The position numbers were made by a program, and so were the translations under genes. This document shows, piece by piece, positions 52,269 through 63,909 of a stretch of 64,000 nucleotides of DNA (its first letter is position 1; each line of letters starts with the position of its first letter). The notes under the pieces are model-generated. The model saw nothing but the letters and a program-made list of their open reading frames with translations, did not search any database and was not told where the DNA came from. Source of the stretch: an uncultured Verrucomicrobiae bacterium (GTDB taxonomy: Bacteria > Verrucomicrobiota > Verrucomicrobiia > Chthoniobacterales > UBA10450); contig CAVYXA010000001.1 in the NCBI GenBank assembly GCA_963772365.1, positions 544,001 to 608,000 on the forward strand, in the 5' to 3' direction.

Positions 52269-52540
52269 TCAACGTCGAACACCGAATTCTGAATCGGAAC
52301 AACTTTGTGTTCGGCACCGCAAAAGTTGGCCGGCGATGTGATTTGCCGCTCTCGAACTTGGTAGAGAATCCACGGGTTCAACGATGGTCGCAGCGAATTC
52401 CAGCAGTCTATCCTCCAAATCGTACTCTCCACGACCGCCATACACTCTGTCGGTTTCGTCGGCCACCTTAAGACCGTTGCTTCGCCATTCCATATTCCGC
52501 ATTCGGCGTTGGCCGTTCGGCGTTTTCCTCTGTCTTTTCA

Positions 52541-52541
<1 letters not shown>
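52269..52541 (-). pseudogene. Truncated four-helix-bundle (TIGR02436-like) gene flanked by heptamer-like repeats
   Basis: YDLEDRLLEFAA.IV..VDSLP.SRAANHIAGQLLRC, then similarity is lost. Confidence 0.7.
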
Positions 52542-53470
<929 letters not shown>

Positions 53471-53489
<19 letters not shown>

Positions 53490-53680
53490 AGCATGGCATC
53501 TCCGCAGAGCAGGAGCGCGCGATGCGGCGGGAACAAAATCGAAAAGACCTGCTCTATTGTGCATCGTGGTCGCTGGCCCAAAAAATCGAGGCTGTGGAAG
53601 GAATGGAACAAGTGGCCCGCTCGATCCGGCGTGAAAAGTTCTCCTCCACAACCGACGAGCACGAAGAACTCAAGTGGTAA
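53471..53680 (+). CDS. Small hypothetical partner of the nucleotidyltransferase
   Basis: 69-aa charged helical ORF overlapping the upstream gene end. Confidence 0.55.
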
Positions 53681-53704
53681 CCCGCGGCGGATCGGCTGCG
53701 CATC

Positions 53705-54814
53705 GTGGAGAAGTTTGATTTCTTAATCGTCGGCGCGGGCTTTGCCGGCGCCGTCCTGGCAGAACGAATCGCCACTCAACTCGGCAAGACCTGTCTCGTG
53801 GTAGAGCGCCGCAACCACATCGCCGGCAACGCTTACGATCATTACGACGAAGCCGGCGTGCTCGTCCACGATTACGGACCGCACTATTTCCGGACAAACT
53901 CGCAACGGATTGTCGATTATCTCAGCCGGTTCACCGACTGGCGCCCGGTCGATTACAAGATTCTCTCCTGGACCAACGGTCGTTACTGGCAGTTCCCGAT
54001 TAATCTCAACACGTTCGAACAATTCATCGGCCGGCCATCCACCAGCCAAGAGATGGAAGAGCAACTGGCCAAGTGGCGGGTCAAGATCGACAACCCGAAG
54101 AACTCCGAGGAAGTAATCGTGTCCCAAGTCGGCTGGCAGTTGTATGAGATGTTTTTTAAAAATTACACGCGCAAACAATGGCAGCGCGACGCCAAAGATC
54201 TCGACCCAAGCGTGTGCGGCCGGATCCCGATTCGGACCAACCGCGACGACCGATATCTGTCCGAGAAATTTCAGGCTCTGCCGAGTGAAGGTTACACCAG
54301 GTTATTCGAACGAATGCTGGATAATCCCAGGATCAACATTCGCCTCAACACCGATTTTCGTGAGGCGCGCGAACAGCTCGCATATCGACATCTCATTTAC
54401 ACTGGTCCCATCGACGAATACTACGATCATTGTTTTGGTCATCTGCCTTATCGCTCGCTCCGGTTTGAACCGGAGAACCTGTGCCAGGAATTTTTCCAGC
54501 TGGCGATGCAGGTAAATTACCCGAACGATCACGAATTCACCCGGATCGTGGAGATCAAACACGCCACGGGACAAAAAATAGGATCGACAACGATCGTGCG
54601 CGAATATCCGCAGGAATTCGGTCCGGGGTGCGAGCCATATTATCCGGTCCCGGCCCCCGATGCCAAAGCGCTCTACGCAAAATATGCCGGGCGCGCCGCG
54701 GCCGAGAAAAAGGTCAGCTTCGTGGGACGCCTGGCTACTTATCGCTACTACAACATGGACCAGGTAGTCGCCATGGCGCTGTCGGAATTCGAAAAGCTGC
54801 GAGCGGGAGGTTGA
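53705..54814 (+). CDS. glf: UDP-galactopyranose mutase
   Basis: VGAGFAG, GNAYD, YGPH.F.T, YTRKQW, LPYRSL, EPYYP, GRLATYRYYNMDQ. Confidence 0.96.
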   Translation: MEKFDFLIVGAGFAGAVLAERIATQLGKTCLVVERRNHIAGNAYDHYDEAGVLVHDYGPHYFRTNSQRIVDYLSRFTDWRPVDYKILSWTNGRYWQFPINLNTFEQFIGRPSTSQEMEEQLAKWRVKIDNPKNSEEVIVSQVGWQLYEMFFKNYTRKQWQRDAKDLDPSVCGRIPIRTNRDDRYLSEKFQALPSEGYTRLFERMLDNPRINIRLNTDFREAREQLAYRHLIYTGPIDEYYDHCFGHLPYRSLRFEPENLCQEFFQLAMQVNYPNDHEFTRIVEIKHATGQKIGSTTIVREYPQEFGPGCEPYYPVPAPDAKALYAKYAGRAAAEKKVSFVGRLATYRYYNMDQVVAMALSEFEKLRAGG

Positions 54815-54826
54815 GAAATAACGATT

Positions 54827-55049
54827 TGGCAAGCGGAGCGCTTGCCCTACAAACATGGACTTCGAATTGTAGGGCGGGTGTATCGCCTGTCCCGGCGCAG
54901 GGCTGGCAAACGGAGCGCTTGCGCTACAAACATGGATTCCGAACTGTGGGGCGGGCGCATCGCCTGCCCCGGCGCAGGGACTGGCAAGCGAGGCGCTTGC
55001 CCTACAAACATGGATTCCGAATTGTAGGGCGGGCGCACCGCCTGCCTAC
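54827..55049. repeat. BIME-like tandem array of three ~78-bp REP doublets
   Basis: ggcaagcg(g)agcgcttgccctacaaacatggattccgaattgtagggcgggcg unit repeated three times, no unique spacers. Confidence 0.9.
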
Positions 55050-55122
55050 CGTTTTCGTATGTGACGAATGTCGCCATCGGTGAGATTGCCCCTAGCTGCG
55101 TGAGCTGTTAAATTAGGCAATC

Positions 55123-55362
55123 ATGCATCTGGCTGAAACTCCGGAAGAACAACGCAAATGGATGCAACAATGGCGTGAAGCGGAGAAATATCTGCGGCAG
55201 GTGAAACGGGAAGAACTGCGCGCGATGACAGATCAGGACGCGGTGGCCGCTTTCAATGCCTTGGATATGCCGCTCCATCTCGTCTGGCGCAGTCCCGAAC
55301 GTGTAAACAGCGAGGGTTTGATCGAACAGCAACGCATTTTCAAGAAAGCGCACCGCCATTAA
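55123..55362 (+). CDS. Small hypothetical protein, putative antitoxin
   Basis: W.QQW..A...L.QVKREELR, SEGLIEQQRIF; overlaps the next gene start. Confidence 0.7.
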   Translation: MHLAETPEEQRKWMQQWREAEKYLRQVKREELRAMTDQDAVAAFNALDMPLHLVWRSPERVNSEGLIEQQRIFKKAHRH

Positions 55363-55930
55363 CAAGGTTTTCGAAGCCGCACTTGAGCTCCAAGATTTCT
55401 GCAAATCGCAGAATCATCCTTTCTGCTTTATTGGTGGCCTGGCCGTTCAGCGATGGGGTGAGCCCCGCCTAACGATAGACGCGGGCGCTACTTTGCTGAC
55501 CCGTTTTGAAAACGAGCCCGCTCTTGTGTCCGCCTTGACGAAAAAGTTCCGAACCCGGCGCGCAGACGCAGCTGATTTTGCCCTAAAAGCTCGCGTCGTG
55601 CTCCTCTTGGGTTCCAACGATGTTCCAATCGATATCGCCTTAGGAGGTATGCCTTTTGAGGAGCGGACCATAACGCGCGCTTCACTTTGGGAAATTTCGG
55701 AAAGAGACAGCCTCATCACCTGTTCTGCGGAAGACTTGATCGTGCACAAGGCGTTCGCTAATCGCCAGCTCGATTGGCTCGACCTCCAAGGAATTCTCCG
55801 GCGTCAGCGAGAACAACTAAATCTAAAACTCGTGTTTCAAGAGCTGCGGCCGCTGTTGCAGCTAAAAGAAGCGCCCGAAATCGAGGACCGCTTGCGCCGG
55901 ATGATCGAAAATGAGACAGCCGAAAATTGA
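55358..55930 (+). CDS. Nucleotidyltransferase-fold (AbiEii-like) protein, ATT start, probably decayed
   Basis: Frame extends upstream of the listed ORF: FCFIGGLAVQRWGEPRLTIDAG; CSAEDLIVHKAFANR..DW.D. Confidence 0.75.
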   Translation: MNKVFEAALELQDFCKSQNHPFCFIGGLAVQRWGEPRLTIDAGATLLTRFENEPALVSALTKKFRTRRADAADFALKARVVLLLGSNDVPIDIALGGMPFEERTITRASLWEISERDSLITCSAEDLIVHKAFANRQLDWLDLQGILRRQREQLNLKLVFQELRPLLQLKEAPEIEDRLRRMIENETAEN

Positions 55931-55934
55931 GCGG

Positions 55935-56010
55935 TCGCTACTACAACATGGACCAGATGATCGGCATGGCCCTGGCGGAATTTGAAAAGCTGGCGATGAA
56001 AGACGTTTGA
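55935..56010 (+). pseudogene. Duplicated 3' end of glf (RYYNMDQMIGMALAEFEKL...*)
   Basis: Matches 54742-54814 with synonymous and conservative differences. Confidence 0.9.
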
Positions 56011-56034
56011 TCAGAAGATTCGGTTAGTGGCGGA

Positions 56035-57024
56035 TCACATTTCGAGCTGTTTCAGCTCCGCTTCCACCATTTCGCTGACCAACTGTTCGAACGTGCCACT
56101 CGGTTTCCAGCCAAGTGTCGTGCGAATCTTATCGTCGCAACCGACCAGCCGCGTCGGTTCCGCTGGACGATTAAACGCCGGATCGAATTTTACGTACTTT
56201 TTCCAAGGAAGATCGACGGCTGCGAATGCGGCCTCGACAAAATCCCGAACAGAATGAGTCTCGCCCGTGGCAACGATATAATCATCTGCTGTGTCGTGTT
56301 GTAGCATCAGCCACATCGCTTGCACGTAATCCTGCGCTCGGCCCCAGTCTCTTCGGCTTTCCAGATTCCCGAGCACAACATCCTGATCAAGCCCCCTGGC
56401 GATTCGCGCGGCTGCCCGCGCAATCTTGCGGGTGACAAAATTTTCACCGCGCCGGGGAGATTCATGATTGTAGAGAATTCCGTTGCAAACAAACATTGCG
56501 TAAGATTTCCGGTAAACTCGGCCCAATTGCGTGGCGAAGGCTTTGGCGCAACCGTAAGGACTCGTCGGTGAAATCGGCGTATTTTCGCTTTGCGGCATTT
56601 CTGCCGCACTACCGAAAATTTCCGAGCTCGACGCATGATAAAAACGCACCGATTGCGACTGATCGCGCACGATTTCGAGCAGGCGAAGCGTCGCCATTCC
56701 GGCTTCGTCGCAAGTTGATTCCGGGATTTCGAAACTCAAGCCGACATGGCTTTGACCAGCCAGATGATAAAACTCACTCGGCTTCACATCGCGAAAAATC
56801 CGTCGCAGCGTCGTACTATCCGAGAGGTCGCCGTAGTGAAGAAACAATCGGTGACCATAAACCTTTTCGTCCCGCCGCAAATGCTCGATGCGCGACCGAA
56901 GCAGATTGCTGGTGCGCCTTACGATTCCGTGGACAGTATAGTTTTTTTCCAAAAGTAGCTCGGCAAGATAAGAACCATCCTGGCCAGTGATCCCGGTAAT
57001 GAGGGCGATTTTCGGCTCGCTCAT
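56035..57024 (-). CDS. gmd: GDP-mannose 4,6-dehydratase
   Basis: GITGQDGSYL, QSHV..SF, ASSSE, SPY..AK, NHESPRRG..FVTRKI, RDWG. Confidence 0.95.
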   Translation of the reverse strand: MSEPKIALITGITGQDGSYLAELLLEKNYTVHGIVRRTSNLLRSRIEHLRRDEKVYGHRLFLHYGDLSDSTTLRRIFRDVKPSEFYHLAGQSHVGLSFEIPESTCDEAGMATLRLLEIVRDQSQSVRFYHASSSEIFGSAAEMPQSENTPISPTSPYGCAKAFATQLGRVYRKSYAMFVCNGILYNHESPRRGENFVTRKIARAAARIARGLDQDVVLGNLESRRDWGRAQDYVQAMWLMLQHDTADDYIVATGETHSVRDFVEAAFAAVDLPWKKYVKFDPAFNRPAEPTRLVGCDDKIRTTLGWKPSGTFEQLVSEMVEAELKQLEM

Positions 57025-57161
57025 GGAATTTCAAAATTCAGACTCCGAGACCGATTGCATGGACATAGAGGCCAAGCAACGCCTCTACATCGAATTTCCC
57101 CAGTCAGAGCGCGATTTCGGCTGCGGCCAGGCTCTGCAAATCCCGACTGAGATGCTTCTCG

Positions 57162-59111
57162 TCAGGGCACAACCATGCTCCAACCTGACGCCAGCGTGGG
57201 CCCATTAGCCCCGGAGCGATAGCTGTTGTTGTTCATGTACCAAACCGCCGTATGACGGTTGCTGGTTTTGCAGAGCATGTAATCTGGGTATCCATCGGAG
57301 TTGAAATCAGCTGTTCCCATCAGCGAGTAGCCACTTGCAATGGTGGGTCCGTACGCCTTTGTTGTGAGGCCGCATCCGCAGAGATACCAAATCGCTGAGC
57401 GTCTGGTGCTTGACTTGAATAGAACAAAATCTGGATTTCTATCGCCATTAAAGTCGCTGGCCCCGACAAGTTGCCAGCCAGCCGCAACGGTCGGTCCGTA
57501 TTTGCTCGATACAAAACTGTTGTTGTTCAGATACCAGATGGCCGTCTGACGGGTGCTGGAATTGCACAGAAGATAATCTGGTTTCCCGTCGAGATTGAAA
57601 TCGGCAACGCCTACAAGTTGCCAGTTGCCGGGCGGTGTAGGCCCAGCTGCATTTCCCCGATACGTTGCTCCGGACAAATACCAAATCGATGTCCGGTGAG
57701 AGCTTGGATTAAACAGAGCATAATCCGCGTGTCCGTCGCCATCGAAGTCCGCTGAGCCGGCCAGTGTCCATCCAGAGGGAAGCGTAGGACCATACGCCGT
57801 ACCAGTTTGAACATTGCTGTTCATGTACCAAATTGCCGTCTGACGTGTGCTGGATTTGTACAAAACCAGATCCGGCTTGATATCGTTGTTGAAGTCCGTC
57901 GGAGCGGACGAGACCGACGTGCTGTCGGGAAGGAACGAAACAATTGAGTCATCGAAATAACGGTTGCCGGACATCCAGCCTGGAGTGGCAATCCTGCTTC
58001 CATTAGTAATGGCAGGATCGAATCGATTATTTATGATCGAGGTTGAGCAAGTCGTCTGAAGCGGTCGCCACCAGTTATTGTAGGGCGAGCTGGGATAAAA
58101 TGCATTGTTCCGGATTGTCACGTTTGTGGCTCCGTCGGTACGGACAATAATATCTCCGCCGGAAAGGGTGTTATTCTCGATCAGGACATTGTCGGCCAGC
58201 GCGCCAACTAGGCCGATCGCATTGACAACGCCGCTAATATTGGAGTTCTTAATCGTGACTCCAGCTTGTGGAAGCGTGTCACGATAGATTGCATAGCTGC
58301 AGCCGACTGTAGAACAATTGTCGATCACGGCAGATTGATAGCCGTTCACTTGAAATCCGATTCCACCTGTTATCGGATCTCCGGTACCTTCGACATAACA
58401 ATTGCGAATAGTCGCCAGACCAGCACCTGGAAAAGTGTCGCTGTTATTATCGGTCTGCGAATTGCTCGCGTAAATTGCGGTCACTTTTGGGCCGCTTTGC
58501 TCGACCCGGCAATTCTCAATCAAAACGGAGCTTGGCGGAATACTGCCGACGCCCCACAGGGCGAAACCCAGAGTAAAGGTCTCAATCATGCCGCCGGCAT
58601 GAATTACCTTGATGTCGTGAAAGTAGCCGTCCACTGCGCAAATGGCACCAATCGCTTTACGCGGATCATTCAATGTGGGTGATAAATTGATATAGTTACA
58701 GTCGACGGTTAGATCGGAAACCGTGAGATTCCGAATGTAGGCGCCGGCGATTACTTGAAATTGACCTGGATAAATTGCTGTCTGCAGCAGGATAGTTGCG
58801 TCGATACCGGCTCCCGAAATTGTCCAATTGTTCCGTGGGTGCCAGACCATTCCTCCGTGCGTTTCAAATATGCCGGGCCCCAAGTGAATCGTCGTATTCT
58901 CCGAAATACCGTTCATCACGGCATCAAATCTGGCTTGCGTACTTCCGTCGTAGGGATCCTCCTGTGTACCGGTCCCGAGATAGCCATCTTCGCGGAACGC
59001 GATCCAAACTTCGTGCGGAGGGGACGTGGGCAACGCTTGATTTACAGAAAGGAGCGAGAAGAAAGCGAGCGCTAGAAGAAACAAGCAAGCACGTCGTGTT
59101 ATAAAAACCAT
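57162..59111 (-). CDS. Secreted right-handed beta-helix protein with C-terminal FG-GAP/VCBS-like repeats
   Basis: GTGTQEDPYD, Asn-rich helix repeats, five DFN.DG.PDY.L....TRQTAIWY repeats. Confidence 0.85.
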   Translation of the reverse strand: MVFITRRACLFLLALAFFSLLSVNQALPTSPPHEVWIAFREDGYLGTGTQEDPYDGSTQARFDAVMNGISENTTIHLGPGIFETHGGMVWHPRNNWTISGAGIDATILLQTAIYPGQFQVIAGAYIRNLTVSDLTVDCNYINLSPTLNDPRKAIGAICAVDGYFHDIKVIHAGGMIETFTLGFALWGVGSIPPSSVLIENCRVEQSGPKVTAIYASNSQTDNNSDTFPGAGLATIRNCYVEGTGDPITGGIGFQVNGYQSAVIDNCSTVGCSYAIYRDTLPQAGVTIKNSNISGVVNAIGLVGALADNVLIENNTLSGGDIIVRTDGATNVTIRNNAFYPSSPYNNWWRPLQTTCSTSIINNRFDPAITNGSRIATPGWMSGNRYFDDSIVSFLPDSTSVSSAPTDFNNDIKPDLVLYKSSTRQTAIWYMNSNVQTGTAYGPTLPSGWTLAGSADFDGDGHADYALFNPSSHRTSIWYLSGATYRGNAAGPTPPGNWQLVGVADFNLDGKPDYLLCNSSTRQTAIWYLNNNSFVSSKYGPTVAAGWQLVGASDFNGDRNPDFVLFKSSTRRSAIWYLCGCGLTTKAYGPTIASGYSLMGTADFNSDGYPDYMLCKTSNRHTAVWYMNNNSYRSGANGPTLASGWSMVVP

Positions 59112-59280
59112 AAATATTACTAAGCACGAATCGTGCGAAATTTCCGGAGTTTTTCTCGGGTTCTATTAAAAAAATCAAGACTAAAAAAACAGGTCCGGGA
59201 AAGAACCTGTTTTCCATCGAAACCACACGAGCCCAAGCTGGATACCGCGTGAATCTGCTCCTTGCTCCCAGCCAAAAGGG

Positions 59281-60127
59281 ATGCGATTTAGTCGCGGTTT
59301 GAAAAAGGCCATCGTCACTATTTGTCCTGGCGGACGCCAAAGGAAAATTCTGAATATCGTCTGGCCAACTTGGGACGGGTTCAGCAAGCGTGTTGGCATT
59401 CCGCTCGTCGTAATCGAACGGCCGCTGCACCCGCAGCACTTCTATTGGGGCAAATATTTTCCGTTCGAGATGCGGGAGTTAAACGGGTTCGACGCAGTTT
59501 TGTATCTTGATAATGACGTAATCATTAGTCCCAAAAGCTCTTCCCCATTCGACCAGTGGAATCCCGAGTTGATTGGAATTGTCGACGAACGTAAGCAGCA
59601 GTCGCTCGATGAGATCGCGACCCGTCAGGTACTATCATTCCTACGGCATTCCGGATTCAGCAATACCGACAGCAGCCAAGATTTATAATACGGGCCTTCT
59701 GATCTATTCGCGTGCAAGTGCGCCGTTTTTCAAAAGCATTTATACTCATTGGCAGGATTTCCTCCAACAAATGGCCGACGGCCAGAAACGCCATTATTTG
59801 TTCAGTATTGCCGACCAACCGCACGTCTCGCTCGCTCTTCAGCGGGAAAAAATGGCATATGAACTCGATGTCCGCTTCAACACTCTCTGGTGGCACTGGT
59901 ACCAGAACAATATCAGTACGCGCCATCTTCCCTTCCTCTTGCGATCAAAAGCTGCGGCCTTGACCGTAGACCGGCTTCCGCCAAAACTTTGGTGCTCCAT
60001 TTTCCGCCGCGAAAGAGCGATCTTTGCCGCTGCGCGAGACCGATGTCATTTCCTCCATGTGGCCGGAAGCAAATCTTCGCTCTTTCTGAGCATCGAACCT
60101 AGGCCTTCCATGCAAAGTAATAAATAA
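59281..60127 (+). CDS. GT8-like glycosyltransferase, one apparent extra base at ~59628
   Basis: VLYLDND in the first ORF; YNTGLL, DQP, FN, FLHVAG in the second. Confidence 0.75.
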
Positions 60128-60290
60128 TGTTTCACCAATGGGACCAGTTAATCTCAAAAGACCTCGTCGTGATCAGCCCGACTAATGGCTCTATGCGGAC
60201 TTTCGACTCTCCCGCGAAAGCATTTTAAATCGCATCTTGGTTAATGCCTCGACCGCCACCTAGCCCCAACCGAATCCGCAACACAGACCG

Positions 60291-61067
60291 ATGATTCAGC
60301 TTCTTCATATTTTCAGGCGCAAGGCGACGACGCTGGGACTGACGATTAGGATATGCTCAAATTGGCCCTCGATTACCCTAGCCAAACTCGGACTTTCCAG
60401 CGGACCAGAGATCATTCGCTTTCGGGACGGTTTTCGACTTAAAATTCTTCGCCCGCTCAAAAGTACCTGGGGCGAAATCTTCGAGCCGGCGATTGCCGAT
60501 GTTTACCAGATTGCCCGGCAAGCACCAGAGCTGATTATCGATGTAGGCGCGAATATCGGGGCGTTCGCCTGCCGGTCTGCCTTTTTGCACTCTAACGCGA
60601 CGATCCACGCGTTTGAACCTTCAGCTGAACATGGAGCGATGCTTCGAAAGAATATTGGCGTAAATGGCCTCTCAAATGTAATAGTCCACGATTACCCCGT
60701 TACGAAGGATGGTAGAGAGGTAATTTTTTCACGGATTGGTGCCGGCGGTAGCTCGGGGATCTTTCTTAAGGACAATAGCGATTCCGCAATTCCCCTAAAA
60801 AGCGTTTCACTCGACGGAATCGATTTTGCAGCGTTTGAGTCCTGCTTTTTCAAACTCGATTGCGAAGGAGCCGAAGGCGAACTTATCGAGTGGATCTGTT
60901 CAAACCTCTCCAAGTTGCCGAAATACATCGTGCTTGTATGTGAATATCATCCTTGGTGCCCAGTGCCGATTGATGAGAGTCTGGCGAAATTGAAAGCAAG
61001 CGGGTTTTCGGCGGAACAAAAAGATCCCTTCGATGAGTGTTACATTTTCGCTTCAAAAGATCATTGA
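60291..61067 (+). CDS. FkbM family methyltransferase
   Basis: IDVGANIG, AFEP, KLDCEGAE, EYH. Confidence 0.92.
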   Translation: MIQLLHIFRRKATTLGLTIRICSNWPSITLAKLGLSSGPEIIRFRDGFRLKILRPLKSTWGEIFEPAIADVYQIARQAPELIIDVGANIGAFACRSAFLHSNATIHAFEPSAEHGAMLRKNIGVNGLSNVIVHDYPVTKDGREVIFSRIGAGGSSGIFLKDNSDSAIPLKSVSLDGIDFAAFESCFFKLDCEGAEGELIEWICSNLSKLPKYIVLVCEYHPWCPVPIDESLAKLKASGFSAEQKDPFDECYIFASKDH

Positions 61068-61230
61068 GCTGGCGGCAGGCCTACGAAGTGTTACTGACCC
61101 GACATGATCCTCTCCATTACTGGGGCAGTCCTTCGAACAGATGTGGGTACAAAGTTCCTCGCCATTATTCTGAAAGCCTAAACGCGTTGAAGCATTTGAG
61201 GACAAGGAAAATTCGGTTAATCAGGCGGTA

Positions 61231-62643
61231 ATGCTAAGGAACTTTATTCGTCGCACCTACAGCTCGGCGGTGGCATGGAGCCTTGTTTTCGCGGTCGTTC
61301 GCAGCTGTGGCAACCTGCTCGTGCTCCCGTTGATGTTGCACAAACTGCCCCAGGAGCATCTCGGCTTCTGGTACGTTTTTTTATCGCTGGCCGGGCTTTC
61401 GACTCTTGTGGACATGGGATTCTTTCCAACGATGTCGCGTGTCACAGCCTATCTCTGGGTGGGCGCAAAGCAGATCGACAAACTAGGAGTAACCCCAGTT
61501 CAGAAGGAGGCTGGTTCCAGCGCAACGCCAAATTTTCAGCTTCTTGCCGATCTCGTGAAGACGATGCGATTCTATTATTTAGGTCTGGGCATTTTGATCA
61601 CGCTCGTACTGGCAATTTTCGGAACGCACTGGATCGCCCAGAAAGCTGAACATCTCGCTGGCACACGCAGCGTTCTTGGAGCGTGGTTTCTCTTTCTACC
61701 AGCTATTTTCGTAAATATTGCCAGCGGAATGTGGCATCCTCTCCTTTCGGGCATCAACCAGGTCCGTCTCAATCTCCAGATTCTTATTTGGAGCCTTATT
61801 GCCAACTATCTGATCTCGTTTGCTGGATTGCTTATCGGGCTGGGACTGTTTGCACCGGTGGCCGGATATTTGGCCATGGGCTTGATTTCGCGGACAGCAG
61901 CGCGGAGCAAGTTCCGCCACTTCAGCCAGGCGCATATCTACGCGAGTCATGCGCGTTGGTCACGCGAGTTGCTGGCGCGTTTATGGCCGACGGCCTGGCG
62001 CACGGGTCTTGTGAGCGTTGGGCTTTATGGAACCCTCAATTTCAACACCCTCATTTGCACAGCCTACCTCGGAGTGAAAACGGCAGCCTCATTTGGGCTC
62101 AGCCAGCAACTGGCCTTCGCGGCAATGTCTATTGCCAGCGGTTTTTTTCTTGTAAAGATTCCCTTGATCGCGCAGCTACGCGCGTCAGGGAAGGTCGACG
62201 AGATTTCCCGAATCATCTTTCCGCGGATGCGATGGTTTTGGGCGGTTTACATCGGGCTTGCTGCTGCCGCCATCATCGTCGGCGAACCGGTACTACGCGA
62301 TGTTCTTCACTCGCAGACTCCTTTGCTGTCTACCTCCCTCCTGATTGGACTATTCGCTGTCGTAGGCCTTGAGGGCCATCACGCAGTTTTTCGAGAAATC
62401 ACACTTACGTCGCACTGTAATCCATTTGCCGCACCGGTGATAATTGCCGCTATCTTCATTGTTTTGTTAAGTTTAATCCTGGTGCGATGGTTTGGGTTGT
62501 GGGGTCTGATCGTTGCTCCTGGCATAGTCCAGCTATGCTTTAATAACTGGTGGACCGTTCTCGTCGGTCTTCGCTCAATGGAAAAATCAGTGCGCGACTA
62601 CATTTACGGGCTTGTGGGCATACGCCGGAGTAGCAGTGGGTAA
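61231..62643 (+). CDS. Polysaccharide flippase-like membrane protein (Wzx-like)
   Basis: About 12 TM segments, G.WYVF, DMGF.PT..R; glycosylation-cluster context. Confidence 0.75.
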   Translation: MLRNFIRRTYSSAVAWSLVFAVVRSCGNLLVLPLMLHKLPQEHLGFWYVFLSLAGLSTLVDMGFFPTMSRVTAYLWVGAKQIDKLGVTPVQKEAGSSATPNFQLLADLVKTMRFYYLGLGILITLVLAIFGTHWIAQKAEHLAGTRSVLGAWFLFLPAIFVNIASGMWHPLLSGINQVRLNLQILIWSLIANYLISFAGLLIGLGLFAPVAGYLAMGLISRTAARSKFRHFSQAHIYASHARWSRELLARLWPTAWRTGLVSVGLYGTLNFNTLICTAYLGVKTAASFGLSQQLAFAAMSIASGFFLVKIPLIAQLRASGKVDEISRIIFPRMRWFWAVYIGLAAAAIIVGEPVLRDVLHSQTPLLSTSLLIGLFAVVGLEGHHAVFREITLTSHCNPFAAPVIIAAIFIVLLSLILVRWFGLWGLIVAPGIVQLCFNNWWTVLVGLRSMEKSVRDYIYGLVGIRRSSSG

Positions 62644-62766
62644 ATCGGCAAGGACGTTGCCCGAAATCTACATAGTGGCAAAATCTTTGCCCATATTGAG
62701 CAGCACTTCAATGGCGTGTTTTTTAGCCTAACCTTTCGTTCAAATGATCTGGTCGCGGAATTAAAC

Positions 62767-63909
62767 ATGTCCATCAAGAAGATTCCCTTAGTGCTAAATG
62801 GTCTTCCGCTAGCTAATCCTAAAGTTGGTCAGGGAGTTTACACATCAAGGCTGATTAGCGCATTGGAGCGACGCGGCGACGTCGATTTCACTGTTGTAAC
62901 AAGACCAGATGTCGATGTTCCAGCAGACTTGCCGCGTCATCGGTTTATCTGCCTCCCTAAAGGCCCGACGCCGAAACATGATCTCCTTGCCCATATTTTT
63001 TGGTCGGAACGTTTGCTTCGATTTGTATCGAGAGAATTTCCGAACGCGATTTTTCATTCGCCCGGGCCGATTTCAGGGACTCGAATGCCGTCCCGAACAA
63101 TTGTAACGCTACACGATTGTATCTATCGGACATTCCCACGATACATCGGGCGTTTCTTTGTTCGGAGGTTCTTACTGCGGTCCACGGAGCGGTTTGCAGC
63201 GCGAAGTCATCTAATCCTCACCGATTCGGAATTTTCCAAACAGGAATTGATAAGCAAGGTGGGATTACCGCAAGAAAGAATCGAAATTCTTTATCCGTGG
63301 GTTGGATCGGAATACTTGCGCGAAATATCCGATGCGGATGTCGATCTTGTTAAGCGAAAGCTAAAGCTGCCGAATCGCTTTTGGCTCTATATCGGCGGAT
63401 ACGATTATCGGAAAAACGTCGAATTTCTTTTGAGAGCCTATGCGGAAGCCACTCGGGTACGTCCGCTGCCTCCCTTAGTGTTGGCAGGAAAAATTCCACC
63501 AGCGGGTCCTGCACTATGCGACGTGCGCGGGACATTGCATGAGATTGCTCTTCCTGACGATCAAATCATTTTACCAGGACCAATTTTGCAAGACGATCTC
63601 CCTGCTCTGTACCACGCGGCATCGCTCTTTATTTTTCCTTCATTGATGGAAGGATTCGGATTGCCACCAGCCGAAGCAACGGCAGTAGGCACGCCGGTCC
63701 TGGTTTCAAACAGATCCAGCCTTCCCGAAGTTATCCCAATGCAGTCCTCTTGGTTTGACCCGACGGATCTCAAAAGCCTGACAACAAAGCTCAATGGAGC
63801 TATGGAAAATGAGCAACTGTTCGCTGTGAAACTCGATCCTCGTTTTACTGAGGATCATGCAATACGGCGGTACACCGATCTTCTGCAAAGCAATTATGGT
63901 TCGTCCTAA
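62767..63909 (+). CDS. GT4 glycosyltransferase
   Basis: TLHD, TDSEFSK, RKN, EGFGLPPAEA, SSLPEV. Confidence 0.92.
   Translation: MSIKKIPLVLNGLPLANPKVGQGVYTSRLISALERRGDVDFTVVTRPDVDVPADLPRHRFICLPKGPTPKHDLLAHIFWSERLLRFVSREFPNAIFHSPGPISGTRMPSRTIVTLHDCIYRTFPRYIGRFFVRRFLLRSTERFAARSHLILTDSEFSKQELISKVGLPQERIEILYPWVGSEYLREISDADVDLVKRKLKLPNRFWLYIGGYDYRKNVEFLLRAYAEATRVRPLPPLVLAGKIPPAGPALCDVRGTLHEIALPDDQIILPGPILQDDLPALYHAASLFIFPSLMEGFGLPPAEATAVGTPVLVSNRSSLPEVIPMQSSWFDPTDLKSLTTKLNGAMENEQLFAVKLDPRFTEDHAIRRYTDLLQSNYGSS

Noticed and set aside
54827..55049. CRISPR array
   Set aside because: Units repeat in full with no unique spacers, the same palindrome occurs singly at 47641, and there are no cas genes.
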